64,000 bases of DNA from an uncultured Candidatus Saccharibacteria bacterium (GTDB lineage: Bacteria; Patescibacteriota; Saccharimonadia; Saccharimonadales; EFPC-124). The stretch spans positions 65,383 through 129,382 of the forward strand of contig CAZJVU010000003.1 of NCBI GenBank assembly GCA_964550035.1, in the 5' to 3' direction. Both the position numbers and the translations under genes were made by a program. This document shows, in pieces, positions 17,742-27,715 of the stretch. Each line of letters starts with the position of its first letter. The stretch's first letter is position 1. The notes under the pieces were generated by a model that did not search any database, had not been told where the DNA came from, and saw only the letters and a list, made by a program, of their open reading frames with translations.

Positions 17742-19274
17742 TTATGCGCCAGATTTGATTTCGACGTCGTCGCCATAATGCTTCTTGAGGCGGGCACGGA
17801 TGGAACCAGGATGTCGGCCAAATTCTGTGACCAGATCGTCGAGCGGCTTGCCATCGGTGAAGAGCGACTTGAGCTTATCATCGTCTTCGGTCGACCACGG
17901 CTTAAACGCGTTGGGGTGCGTCTCGCGCATCTTGGCGATCTTGTCGTGCCAGTTGGAGTCGCCTTTTTTCTTTTCTTCTTCGGGCTCGTCCTTGCGCTTT
18001 TTAGCCAGTTCGCGGAGTGGGGCAAACTTCTCGGCGTCTTTCTTGGCACGCGCCCTGAGGAGCTCATCGATCTCGAGCGCATCACGACTCACCTTGAGCG
18101 ACATGTTGTTGAGACCAAGCAGGCTGAGGCTATCCAAACGCTTCACGCGCGACAGCGCAACGTATCCCATGCCTTCCACAAATGCTTTGCGCAGATCAAT
18201 CCGCGCGGCGTCGAGTGTCATGCCCTGACTCTTGTGCACGGTGATCGCCCACGCAAGACGTAACGGAATTTGCGTGAGGCTCGCGCGCTTCTTGTCGCCA
18301 TCACGGAGCTCCCACGTCTCGAGGCCGATAGTCACTTCCTTGCCATTTCGCAGCTTCACAACTGGATAGCCCAGCAGCGGCTCGAACCCAACCACCACGC
18401 CGAGGCTGCCGTTTGCAAACTTCTTATCAGGGCTGTTGCGGACGCACATGACGAGCGCACCTGTTTTGAGCGTGAGCGTTTCGAGCGCCAAGCATGACCG
18501 CTTGAGCGTCTCGACATAATTCTGCGAGCCAGTCGTGTCCATAGTGTAGACATGCGTTTCACCGTCGATACCATTCAGGCGACTCTCGTTGATACTATCG
18601 ACATTCATATTGGTGACGTACAGCTCGGTCACGGCGTTGTTGCTGGGAAGTTCGGCGCCGACACGTGCAAGCAGCGACTCGGCATGGCGCCGGCGAATAT
18701 CACCGGCGCGAAGAGCGTTCAATATCTCGAGGAAGGCATCATCGTCCTGGCGATGCTGCTCGCTGAGGTAGCAAATACTCGGATCGAGCTCGGACCATGC
18801 AGCAGCGTTGACCACGAAACCGCCCTGCTTCGAATCATGACGATTCACTGGTGGCAGCTGGAAGAAATCGCCGCATAGTATGACCTGAATACCCCCAAAC
18901 GGCGCCTCGTTTTCGCGGACTTTCTTGGCAATCTCGTTCACCATGTCGAGGCGATAATCGTGGAGCATCGAAATCTCATCGATGATCAGCACGTTGGTCT
19001 TCTGAATTGTTTCGCGACGAGCTTTACTGAGGTGGTCGAAAAATTTGTTTGGCAGCTCGTTGTGAATCCCCATGCCGCTCCATGAATGAATCGTGCTGCC
19101 GTTAAGGTGCGTAGCAGCGAGCCCGGTTGTGGCGGTGACCGAGACGTGCTTGCCAGACTTTTTGACACGACGAATAAATTCATTGAGTGCATACGTCTTG
19201 CCCGAACCAGCCGGTCCGGTCAGTAGCACGCTCTCGCCGCTGAGCATTACCTCGAGTGCCAAACTTTGTTCCAT
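17742..19274 (-). CDS. PIF1/RecD-family ATP-dependent DNA helicase with Lys-rich, Myb-like C-terminal extension
   Basis: Walker A GPAGSGKTYAL, IIDEISM, ITVHKSQGMTLD; C-terminal WSTEDDDKL...GRHPGSIRARL. Confidence 0.88.
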   Translation of the reverse strand: MEQSLALEVMLSGESVLLTGPAGSGKTYALNEFIRRVKKSGKHVSVTATTGLAATHLNGSTIHSWSGMGIHNELPNKFFDHLSKARRETIQKTNVLIIDEISMLHDYRLDMVNEIAKKVRENEAPFGGIQVILCGDFFQLPPVNRHDSKQGGFVVNAAAWSELDPSICYLSEQHRQDDDAFLEILNALRAGDIRRRHAESLLARVGAELPSNNAVTELYVTNMNVDSINESRLNGIDGETHVYTMDTTGSQNYVETLKRSCLALETLTLKTGALVMCVRNSPDKKFANGSLGVVVGFEPLLGYPVVKLRNGKEVTIGLETWELRDGDKKRASLTQIPLRLAWAITVHKSQGMTLDAARIDLRKAFVEGMGYVALSRVKRLDSLSLLGLNNMSLKVSRDALEIDELLRARAKKDAEKFAPLRELAKKRKDEPEEEKKKGDSNWHDKIAKMRETHPNAFKPWSTEDDDKLKSLFTDGKPLDDLVTEFGRHPGSIRARLKKHYGDDVEIKSGA

Positions 19275-19411
19275 TGCGTCTATTAGTATATCCTGCTATT
19301 GCTTGGTTGCGATATTGTAATAATGTCTTATCAAAATGCTTGCAAGCTTAGTGTATTCATAGTTTAATAATTCACGGCTTGTTTCTGTCACTCAAAAGGG
19401 AGGACCAGTCG

Positions 19412-19786
19412 ATGACTGCTCAACGCGTCATCAAGGGATTGTTCTGCGCTCACGCCGGCGAGGTGTTCGCACTGCTGGAGACCAAGCAGCCGTACGACAT
19501 CCCCGGAACCGCCGCGCTCATGCGGCGTGCCGCGAGCTGCTCCGGCGGCAACCTGGGTACCATCACGGTGCACATGGTCGAGCACGAGAGTTTCCCGAAG
19601 ACTCAGGGGTTCACCGTGCTGTCCGACCGACACAGGGCCGACCGCGCCCTGTTCGCGCAGGCGGTGAGCCTGCTGTTCCCCGGCTGCAAGCTGGAGATCG
19701 AGTGGGCCACGGGCACGCTGCAGGACAACGATCGACTGTTCCTGGCGGTCGTGTACAGGGAACTCCTGCGACTGCGTCAGTCCTGA
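19412..19786 (+). CDS. Hypothetical protein (GC-rich orphan)
   Basis: ATG 19412 after GGGAGGA SD; hairpin gccgcgac/gtcgcggc downstream. Confidence 0.5.
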   Translation: MTAQRVIKGLFCAHAGEVFALLETKQPYDIPGTAALMRRAASCSGGNLGTITVHMVEHESFPKTQGFTVLSDRHRADRALFAQAVSLLFPGCKLEIEWATGTLQDNDRLFLAVVYRELLRLRQS

Positions 19787-19884
19787 CGAACCACCCGAGC
19801 TGGCCGCGACCTCACCTCGAGCGTCGCGGCTGGCTTGGCCGAACCACACACTGAACTTATGACAACCTGCCCGGCCAATGCAAG

Positions 19885-21318
19885 CTATATCATCGTCCGC
19901 AGCTGCGCAAGCTTTGGCTTGCCGCTGCGGGTCTTGGGCATCTCGTCGAGCTTGATGATGCGATCTGGCCGCCAAGCGCCGGGCAGATTCTGCTTGCAGT
20001 AGTTGATAATCTCTTGCTCACTGAGGTCCGAAACGACAAAGTATACCATCGTGTCACTCAAGGCATCAGCCTCCTGCACGCCAATCACCACCACATCGTG
20101 CACGGCCGAATTCTGCATCAGCGCCCATTCGACATCGCGCGGGAAAACCGTGTAGCCCAGCTTCTTGATCTTCTCCTGAATCCGCCCCTTCAGCCGCAGC
20201 TCGCCGTCGTCATTGAATTCGCCGATGTCACCCGTTAGCCACATGCCGTCTGACGTGAAGTTCTTCTCGGTCGCCTCTGGGTTGCGGAAATATCCGAGGA
20301 ACCGACCCGGCGAACGCATGCTCAACTGGCCATCATCTTCCGCGCGGACCTCAACGCCAGGAAGCACGCGCCCCACAACGCCTGGGTGGCGAACATCCAG
20401 CGTATTGCTGGCAATGAGTCCTGTCTCTGAACTGCCATAGCGCTCGAGTATTTCCCGACCAAATGACTTCTTGAACCCCTCCCAAATAGCCGGCGGAAGA
20501 TACGATGACCCCGAGATGCATAGGCGCACCGAGCTGATATCGAATGTCTGGTCGCCCGCAAACTCGACCAGCTTGAAGTACGCAATTGGTACGTGCATAA
20601 AGAGCGACACGTCACCGCTCTGCAGCGCCTTAACTGTGTCTTGGGCGTTAAAACGCTCATGGAGGTACACGGTGTTACCCCGATGAATTGCGCCGGCAAT
20701 ACCCATCACCAAACCATGCCAGTGACTGAGCGGCAGAGACAATAGGATAGTGTCGTCAACTGTCCATTCCCAGAGATCAGCAACGGCATCGATATTCCAC
20801 ATATGGTTGGCGTGGGTGTAGGCCGTCACCTTTGGCTTGCCTGTCGTGCCAGAGGTAAATAGAAGCGTCGCGATCTGCTCCTCGGCCGGCAATCGCAGCG
20901 CGCGGTTCAGTTCGCCGGCACCTTCGGGGATCTTGCCCTCAAATAAAATCGTCTCGAATCCATCCGGTATTTCCGACAGAAACGTATTATTCGTCACCGT
21001 AACAACCGGCTTCACTTGCTCGGTGATTGATTCGTTCTCGAGCTTCTTAAAGCTTGGGTCTAACGGCAACACAATATGCCCAGCGCGCAGAATACCCAGA
21101 TATGCCACGACAAACTGCCATGAATTGTACATAAGGAGCCCCACAACCTGTTGCTCCTGCTGTGGCACGGCTGCGAGGACTGCGCGAGCCATGCGCTCTG
21201 ACTCGGACTGTACGTCGGCCCACGTAAGGGTGCGGTCTTTGCAGACGAACGCTGGTTTGTCGGGGAATTTCTGCGCTGTCAAAGCTAGATGGTCGGTGAT
21301 GTGGGTCGGTTTTGTCAT
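19885..21318 (-). CDS. AMP-dependent synthetase/ligase (acyl/aryl-CoA ligase-like)
   Basis: LLFTSGTTGKPKV, GYG..E motif region, C-terminal K (SGKPK); ATGA overlap with the upstream acyltransferase gene. Confidence 0.88.
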   Translation of the reverse strand: MTKPTHITDHLALTAQKFPDKPAFVCKDRTLTWADVQSESERMARAVLAAVPQQEQQVVGLLMYNSWQFVVAYLGILRAGHIVLPLDPSFKKLENESITEQVKPVVTVTNNTFLSEIPDGFETILFEGKIPEGAGELNRALRLPAEEQIATLLFTSGTTGKPKVTAYTHANHMWNIDAVADLWEWTVDDTILLSLPLSHWHGLVMGIAGAIHRGNTVYLHERFNAQDTVKALQSGDVSLFMHVPIAYFKLVEFAGDQTFDISSVRLCISGSSYLPPAIWEGFKKSFGREILERYGSSETGLIASNTLDVRHPGVVGRVLPGVEVRAEDDGQLSMRSPGRFLGYFRNPEATEKNFTSDGMWLTGDIGEFNDDGELRLKGRIQEKIKKLGYTVFPRDVEWALMQNSAVHDVVVIGVQEADALSDTMVYFVVSDLSEQEIINYCKQNLPGAWRPDRIIKLDEMPKTRSGKPKLAQLRTMI

Positions 21319-22487
21319 GCTGCCTCTTCGTTCGTTAGTTGCCATCGTTGGACGCCTTCGGTTACTTTACGCTTCGCTCGCTTGGTGACGTATGCGACCG
21401 TCATCACGATGCCGTACACTGCGGCGATCACGAGCGCGCTGAGTAGGCTGTTAACCACGTAGCCGTGATCGCCCGCCAAGACAAGCTGCAGCGCAAAGAT
21501 CATAAAAGCATGCACCACATAGACAATCAACGAGCGCTCACCAAGTGTCTTGAGAAAACCTCGTGTCCAGCGCTGGATCCACGCCTCGTGTTGGCGAGTC
21601 AGCACGTACAGCGCGCCGAACCATACCACGGCCGTCACGATACGAACTGGCTCCAGCGTCCACTTGACGATCAGCGGCGTCATAACATCGCGGGCGCTAT
21701 CGAGCCATGTGAAGACTCCTTGCCACACGGCCGGCAGCGTCGCAAAGCCTGCATATTCGTGCACCATCACTTCACCGATTCGAATAGTCAGCACACTCGC
21801 CACCACAAGCGCCACGGCCGCGCCATACAGCCCTATCTTCAGCCGCTTCTGGACCACCGGCGCTAGAGCGCGGACGCGCGCCTCGATCTGCGGCAGATAC
21901 CATCCGACGACCATTGCCCCCATAAACAGCAATTGCCAACTCAGCTCGAAACTCTGCCCCCGCAGTAGCCAGCACACCGCGCTTATAGCCAAAACAATCC
22001 ACGCCTTACCCCGCGTGATCAGATACAGCGCAATCGGCGCCCACGCCATAAAGATCGCATAGTACGGCAAGAAATCCGCCCAGCCGTAGTAGTACTGCAA
22101 TGTCAGTGACTTAAAGATAAGCTCAGGTATATTCGGCTGCGTCCACAGCCCTTCCTTGACGTGCGCGATGTCACTCAGATTTCCCCACCACACGAACACA
22201 AATGTCAGCAGGACCGTCAGCGCGTACAGCAGGAAAGCACGCTTCCAGATCTTCTTGGTGGCACCCAGCGCATTACGAACCATGCGCGGCCCATACACGT
22301 ACCCCACAAGCATGCCAGAGATCATAAAGAACCCTTCGGCAGCGGATGCCCACATTTCGCCTCGCCCCGTAAAGGCCTCGAACAGACTAGGGAAAAACCC
22401 CATATGATCAACCAGTATAACGAAGAGAAAGTACCCTCGCAGCAAATCAAGTGTCAGTATTCGTGATCTCTTCGCTTCTATATGCAC
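21315..22487 (-). CDS. Polytopic membrane acyltransferase-like protein (OpgC/acyltransferase-3-like)
   Basis: N-terminal RILTLDLLRGYFLFVILVDH motif, about 10 TM helices. Confidence 0.65.
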   Translation of the reverse strand: MHIEAKRSRILTLDLLRGYFLFVILVDHMGFFPSLFEAFTGRGEMWASAAEGFFMISGMLVGYVYGPRMVRNALGATKKIWKRAFLLYALTVLLTFVFVWWGNLSDIAHVKEGLWTQPNIPELIFKSLTLQYYYGWADFLPYYAIFMAWAPIALYLITRGKAWIVLAISAVCWLLRGQSFELSWQLLFMGAMVVGWYLPQIEARVRALAPVVQKRLKIGLYGAAVALVVASVLTIRIGEVMVHEYAGFATLPAVWQGVFTWLDSARDVMTPLIVKWTLEPVRIVTAVVWFGALYVLTRQHEAWIQRWTRGFLKTLGERSLIVYVVHAFMIFALQLVLAGDHGYVVNSLLSALVIAAVYGIVMTVAYVTKRAKRKVTEGVQRWQLTNEEAA

Positions 22488-22595
22488 CTACCCATTACAC
22501 CGCCGGAACCTTAATTTTGGCTGAGCGTTGCCGCCCTCCTCGCCGTGTCACTCTTCCTAGCCTACGACAAGAAACGGTGAGGGTCTACCGCGCAT

Positions 22596-23504
22596 TTAGC
22601 TTTTGGCTTGGCTAGCTGCGGCGCGAAGATTCGCCTGTATCTGTTCTATCTGACGTCCCGCGTCGTTTGCAACTGGCGCACATAATGTTTCGATGTGGTG
22701 TTGCTCGACGAGTTTTGTGCCATCGTGCTTGTAGTACAGCGCATGGAGGCCGGACATACAGCCGCTGAATCCGTGGCGTAAGCTCTCGAGCTTGGCGGTC
22801 GTGAGCGTGATCTCATCATTCTTGGCATCATACGAGTAGAATGCATCCGAGAGGCTGTCCGTCAACGGAACAGTTATGCTCCATTCGTTTATCTTGAGGC
22901 TCGTAAGACCGGCTGGAGGCTTCGTGGCCGTAAACCGCTGGCCATCCCGGGTAACGCATACTGACGGGTACGTCGTGAGGACGCTTCCGCCTTGGTGGGC
23001 GCACTGTTCGTACGAGGTGATTCTATTGGCATGCGGATTCAAGATCGCTATACCAATAGTCAGCGCCGTCGCAAAGCTCACCCATAGCAGGTATGGCACC
23101 AACAGGTACACCGCGCGCCGCGAAAACTGCCAAAACTGCACCATCGTTGCCGCTATCGCCACCAGCAGCGCAAAGATAACAGCCACCGCCGTGACTGGCT
23201 GGTGAAATCCAAAGAACACCACCGACCACGCTGTGTTCAAGACCAGCTGCAGCCCAAAGAATGCAAACGCGAGCTGTTTGGAGCGCTTGCTCTGTTGCAT
23301 CCACACAAGATACAAGCTGATTCCCATCAGCAGATACAATACTGTCCACACCGGCCCAAACACCCAGTTCGGCGGTACGAACGTCGGCTTCATAAGATCA
23401 GCGTACCACGTCGAGATAGAAGGAAGTGTCGCCAAGCTACCCAATGCACCCGCAGCAAATGACAACGCAAGCGAGACAATAAGGCGCTTTCGATTACGAA
23501 CCAT
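22596..23504 (-). CDS. tspO: TspO/MBR family protein fused to a ~150-aa C-terminal domain
   Basis: WYADLMKPTFVPPNWVFGPVWTVLYLLMG and 5 TM helices; the non-TspO C-terminal half has 4 Cys. Confidence 0.8.
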   Translation of the reverse strand: MVRNRKRLIVSLALSFAAGALGSLATLPSISTWYADLMKPTFVPPNWVFGPVWTVLYLLMGISLYLVWMQQSKRSKQLAFAFFGLQLVLNTAWSVVFFGFHQPVTAVAVIFALLVAIAATMVQFWQFSRRAVYLLVPYLLWVSFATALTIGIAILNPHANRITSYEQCAHQGGSVLTTYPSVCVTRDGQRFTATKPPAGLTSLKINEWSITVPLTDSLSDAFYSYDAKNDEITLTTAKLESLRHGFSGCMSGLHALYYKHDGTKLVEQHHIETLCAPVANDAGRQIEQIQANLRAAASQAKS

Positions 23505-23714
23505 TTATACTCCCAACGCCTGCATACCGTGGTAAACCAAGAAAGCTGGCCAGACAATCGCCTTAATAAGTGCCAGGATAAACCCACCGAAGCTCGGCGA
23601 TTGATCAAAGAAGTACACCACCGCCCCAATATACGCTACGAACAATACGAACCCAGTCGGCCCATGCTGGCTCGTCACTTTTACGAGTGAATTGTCGATT
23701 TTAACTTTATGCAT
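23505..23714 (-). CDS. Small membrane protein
   Basis: 69 aa from ATG 23714 (SD AAAGGGGG); 2 TM helices; stop abuts the tspO start. Confidence 0.5.
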   Translation of the reverse strand: MHKVKIDNSLVKVTSQHGPTGFVLFVAYIGAVVYFFDQSPSFGGFILALIKAIVWPAFLVYHGMQALGV

Positions 23715-23742
23715 GCCACCCCCTTTTGTATTCATCATACCG

Positions 23743-24552
23743 CTACTGCGGCGATAATTCACGCATATAGTGCGCTGGCGCCTGGCCAATGAGTCGTTTG
23801 AAGTCCCTTATAAAGTGCGACTGATCGGTGTAGCCAAACTCTGCGGATATAAGCGTCCAGTCAACTTTCTCTAGTTCGCGTGCTCGCTTGATAACTTCGA
23901 TAAAACGCGCACGCATAATTGCCCACTTTGCTCCGACACCAACATAGGTTCGAAACAAATGCTGCAACGATCGCTCACTCATACCGAACTGCTCAGCAAT
24001 GGATGCCACTGTCGCGTCGCCGTGGCTGTTTTCGATTGTCGTGATGATCGTATTGACCAGCGTTATCATAGGGTCGAGACGAGGCTTTCGGGTTTGGAGC
24101 AACCCTTCGATCTGCGCCAGAATCTCTTGGTCTGAGCGCGCAAGCAGAGCCTTGTGATCGATGGTTTGGCCACATACTTCCTCAACCGAGATCTTTTTCT
24201 CGGCAAGCTCGCTGAGCGGCCGCCGCCACAATGGATAGAATCCACCCGGACGAAACTGCGCGCCAACATAGATCGGTGAATCGCGTGCAACGAGCGTCCG
24301 TTTCTGCGTCGTCGGCCCCTCAAAGTACGCGCCTTCTGGCTTAACAAACAGCGTCACTACTGGCTGCGAGAGCACATCGTTACCCGTGTAGCTCGGGTCA
24401 TACACTACTCTTCGCCGCGAGATAAAGTAATGTTCTACGAATGGTCGCATGGACACGGAGGGCACGAAACACTTGAGGTCATAGTTCTCCACAAAAGGGC
24501 CAGGCTTGAGAATGCCTTCGCGAAATAGTTCTTTTTGGATGTATGGTGTCAT
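23743..24552 (-). CDS. AraC-family transcriptional regulator
   Basis: C-terminal HTH_18 (FGYTDQSHFIRDFKRLIGQAPAHY). Confidence 0.88.
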   Translation of the reverse strand: MTPYIQKELFREGILKPGPFVENYDLKCFVPSVSMRPFVEHYFISRRRVVYDPSYTGNDVLSQPVVTLFVKPEGAYFEGPTTQKRTLVARDSPIYVGAQFRPGGFYPLWRRPLSELAEKKISVEEVCGQTIDHKALLARSDQEILAQIEGLLQTRKPRLDPMITLVNTIITTIENSHGDATVASIAEQFGMSERSLQHLFRTYVGVGAKWAIMRARFIEVIKRARELEKVDWTLISAEFGYTDQSHFIRDFKRLIGQAPAHYMRELSPQ

Positions 24553-24643
24553 TGTTGCGGATTTTTACAAGTCTACGCTACGCAGTATCAGTATTATAAG
24601 GGCCAGAAGCGCTTTCTACTAATCAATAACAAGGAGAAATTTT

Positions 24644-25126
24644 ATGGCAGATCAAACACAGAACCAGAACCCAGGTATGCCAACACCTGACCCATCACTC
24701 AAGGCCTTAGACAAGTTCGTAGGCACATGGAGTATGAGCGGTAACCTTGTAGGTGCCGACGAAGAAATCCTCAAAGGCAAAGCTACATTTGAGTGGCTTC
24801 CTGGCGGCTTCTTCCTTAAACAACAAGTTAAGATGACATTCATGGGCATGCCTATCGAGAGCACCGAGCTCGTGGGGTACGACCCAGAGACAAAGGGCCT
24901 CAAGTCGTTTGTATACTCGAACATGTCACCGATGCCACTTCCCTACTTTTGGAAAGTCGATGGCGATGACATCGAGATCTCAGTTTCGTACGGTCCACTC
25001 AACGCAACAATGACCGCACAGTTCAGCAAGGACGGCGAAAGCTACAGCGGTGGCTGGCGTCCGAACGCTGGCGCCGACGCTAACGTAAACGTACCCTACG
25101 ACATTCGCGGCAAAAAGGAGAAATAG
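24644..25126 (+). CDS. Hypothetical protein (DUF1579-like small beta protein)
   Basis: 160 aa, AGGAGA SD; family call is from memory only. Confidence 0.6.
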   Translation: MADQTQNQNPGMPTPDPSLKALDKFVGTWSMSGNLVGADEEILKGKATFEWLPGGFFLKQQVKMTFMGMPIESTELVGYDPETKGLKSFVYSNMSPMPLPYFWKVDGDDIEISVSYGPLNATMTAQFSKDGESYSGGWRPNAGADANVNVPYDIRGKKEK

Positions 25127-25128
25127 TA

Positions 25129-25734
25129 ATGGGAAAATTAATCGTCGCTAACATCGTTTCACTCGACGGCAACTACGAAGGCCCCGGCCACAACGTCATG
25201 ATGCTGCCGATGGACGGCGCGTTCGACGCGTTCAACCTCGAGCACATGAAGGCAGCTGAGGTCATCCTGCTCGGCGGGAACTCGTACAAATTCTTCGGCG
25301 GTTTCTGGCCAGCCATGGCAGACAACAATGAAACCTCTGAAAACAACCGAGAGTTTGCCCGCCGTTACAACGAGATCCAGAAAGTTGTCGTTTCTAACTC
25401 AGTCACGTCAGCGGACTTCCCTAAGCCATGGGCCGACAGCACAAAGATCATCGCCGAAAACACATACGATGAAGTACAGAAGCTCAAAGATGAAACCAAA
25501 GGCGACATTGTTATGTTCGCAAGCCGCATGCTCTGGAATGACCTGCTTGCTCACGGGCTCATCGATGAGATCCACCTGGTTGTAGGCAACGTTGTCCTGG
25601 GCAAAGAAGGTACCGCGCTCTTCACCGAGCAAATCACCTACGACGACCAGAAGACTAAGCTCCACCTTCTCGACACTAAAAAATGTGACGACTCAAACAA
25701 CTACGTCGTCCACTACGCAGTAAAGAAAGCATAG
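25129..25734 (+). CDS. Dihydrofolate reductase-family protein (RibD C-terminal domain)
   Basis: IVSLDGNYEGPG...ILLGGNSYKFF...MFASRMLWNDLL pattern. Confidence 0.8.
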   Translation: MGKLIVANIVSLDGNYEGPGHNVMMLPMDGAFDAFNLEHMKAAEVILLGGNSYKFFGGFWPAMADNNETSENNREFARRYNEIQKVVVSNSVTSADFPKPWADSTKIIAENTYDEVQKLKDETKGDIVMFASRMLWNDLLAHGLIDEIHLVVGNVVLGKEGTALFTEQITYDDQKTKLHLLDTKKCDDSNNYVVHYAVKKA

Positions 25735-25742
25735 GAAGCAAC

Positions 25743-26378
25743 ATGAACGTAACAAAGACCGCAAAGATTACCTTTGCACTAAGTATCAGCTACCTGGTCA
25801 TCCTGGCGCTGCTGCATATTATCAAGCCAGAAGTGACGCCATCATGGCAGACCCTGAGCATCTACGCTCGTGGCGACTGGGGTTGGATCGGCCAACTAGC
25901 CTACATCCTGCTTGGCCTGACGCACGTTGCGCTCTTTATGACCGTAAAGTCACAGGTGAAGAGTCTCGGCGGTAAGATTGGCCTCGGCTTCTTGCTCGTC
26001 GCCGGTTTGGGCGGAGTGCTCGGCGGCATCGGCGTGTCCGACCCTCTGAACACACCGCAGGCGCAGATGACGGCTAGCGGCACGCTGCACTCTATCGGTG
26101 CTGCACTCGAGATCTGGGGTGCACCGATTGCAGCATTGCTGATCAACATCAACATTCTACGCAAAAACGCCGACTGGAAACCATACCGCACCGCCCTGCT
26201 GTGGAGCGGACTGCTCCCAATCGTTGGGCTGGTACTGTTCATGGGTTCAGGCGCGAGCGCTGGCGAAAGTGTTGGCCCTGGCGACGTGATCGGCTACATG
26301 AACCGCGTTGCGATCCTAGCCTACATGGCATGGCAGATCACTATCGTTCACATCATGCTACGACAAGAAGACAAATAG
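25743..26378 (+). CDS. Polytopic membrane protein (DUF998-like)
   Basis: 211 aa, about 6 TM helices. Confidence 0.65.
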   Translation: MNVTKTAKITFALSISYLVILALLHIIKPEVTPSWQTLSIYARGDWGWIGQLAYILLGLTHVALFMTVKSQVKSLGGKIGLGFLLVAGLGGVLGGIGVSDPLNTPQAQMTASGTLHSIGAALEIWGAPIAALLININILRKNADWKPYRTALLWSGLLPIVGLVLFMGSGASAGESVGPGDVIGYMNRVAILAYMAWQITIVHIMLRQEDK

Positions 26379-26441
26379 CTCCTTTCAAAAAAGGAAGGCC
26401 GGCCCGTGTTGGGGCCGGCCTGTCCATCTGGGGCGTAGCGA

Positions 26442-26702
26442 TCAGTTGAACTCGACGTTCGTGAGCTCACCACCACGCCTGATGAGCTTGGAGGTCCAGC
26501 GGCAGTCGATCGTCTTCTCGAGCACGAACAGGTTGACCGCCGCGAGGCTGACGTTCTCGACGTTGATGATGACCGTCAACTTGCGGTTGTCCTGCGCGGA
26601 CGCCTTGGCGACCAGGAACCGTCGCCGGAGGTCGGCCATTTCGTCGGCGATCGGATGACCGATGCTGGCCAGGAACTGCTCACGTTCGCTCTTCTTGCTC
26701 AT
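26442..26702 (-). CDS. Hypothetical protein (GC-rich orphan)
   Basis: ATG 26702 with GAAGGG SD (alternative ATG 26717); hairpin ggccggccc/gggccggcc at 26399-26424. Confidence 0.5.
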   Translation of the reverse strand: MSKKSEREQFLASIGHPIADEMADLRRRFLVAKASAQDNRKLTVIINVENVSLAAVNLFVLEKTIDCRWTSKLIRRGGELTNVEFN

Positions 26703-26785
26703 GGTGCTGCCCTTCATCAGATGGCGTCTGTTGACAAAAGTATGATACCATATAATAGTAACAATTCAATAGCACGAGCACTCAC

Positions 26786-27487
26786 ATGACATCATTCGAA
26801 GGTTATAGCTTGGACTTCTTCGGCAGCAAACGGCTGTCCGATTCGCCATACATCCACTGGATTTGGTCGGGCATGGCCATGCGCGACGGCAGCCAGACCA
26901 CTGCCGCAGACGGCAACCTCGACTTCACTATCATCCGCCGCAACGGCGACGCAACCGTCCAGCTCTCAGGCCCCACAACTACTGCGAGCGAAGTTGTGTA
27001 CCGAGCCGGCGACGCTGTCTTCAACATTCGGTTCCGTCCTGGCGTCTATCTCACCGACATAAAAGCCAAAGACATGCTCGACGCGCACCTGAGATATATG
27101 ATTACCAGCACGCGTACATTCTGGCTCGGCTCGACGCCCTTCTCGATTCCGACGTTCGAGACAGCAGAAGATTTTGTCGAAGACCTCATGCGCAAACAAA
27201 TCCTCAGCTATGATCCGGTCGTTGCGACCGTGCTTGCCGGCCACAAAACAACGATCGCCGAGCGAACCGTGCAGCACCACTTCCTGCACACGGTCGGCCT
27301 GAGCCACAAGATGCTCACACAGATTCACCGCGCCGAGAAAGCCAGTCAGCTGCTTCAGCGCGGACACGCAGCGATGGAGGTTGCGTTCGATACTGGTTTC
27401 AGCGATCAATCACACATGATTCATTCGCTCAAGCGTTTCACCGGCCTTACCCCAAGGCAACATAGCCGTGCGCATCACGACTGGTAG
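26786..27487 (+). CDS. AraC-family transcriptional regulator
   Basis: TTGACA-17-TATAAT promoter upstream; C-terminal TGFSDQSHMIHSLKRFTGLTPRQH. Confidence 0.85.
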   Translation: MTSFEGYSLDFFGSKRLSDSPYIHWIWSGMAMRDGSQTTAADGNLDFTIIRRNGDATVQLSGPTTTASEVVYRAGDAVFNIRFRPGVYLTDIKAKDMLDAHLRYMITSTRTFWLGSTPFSIPTFETAEDFVEDLMRKQILSYDPVVATVLAGHKTTIAERTVQHHFLHTVGLSHKMLTQIHRAEKASQLLQRGHAAMEVAFDTGFSDQSHMIHSLKRFTGLTPRQHSRAHHDW

Positions 27488-27533
27488 AGGCTGGAATGAG
27501 CCCGCAGTATCTGTTATAATCGTCACGTATTGA

Positions 27534-27608
27534 TGGCGAGTGGCCAAATGGTAAGGCACTAGTTTCTGGCACTAGGGATTGAAGGTTCGAGTCCTTCCTC
27601 GCCAGCCA
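27534..27608 (+). tRNA. tRNA-Gln (anticodon CTG)
   Basis: Manual cloverleaf: acceptor tggcgag/ctcgcca, D arm gcc/ggc, anticodon stem ctagt/actag with loop ttCTGgc, T arm gaagg-ttcgagt-ccttc, encoded CCA; TATAAT at ~27515. Confidence 0.9.
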
Positions 27609-27715
27609 TGAAATTATTCAGATCAAAAGAGTTCCAAATTCTGGAGCACTTTTGCTCCCCACCACACCCAGCGGCAGGAGCAAATAATCGCAAAATATGG
27701 TATTATAACCATACT

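Noticed and set aside
27643-27690. Alternative pairings GGAGCA/TGCTCC/GGAGCAA after the tRNA, as a possible switch
   Set aside because: The stems are only 5-7 bp. The simplest reading is a weak tRNA terminator hairpin followed by a promoter.
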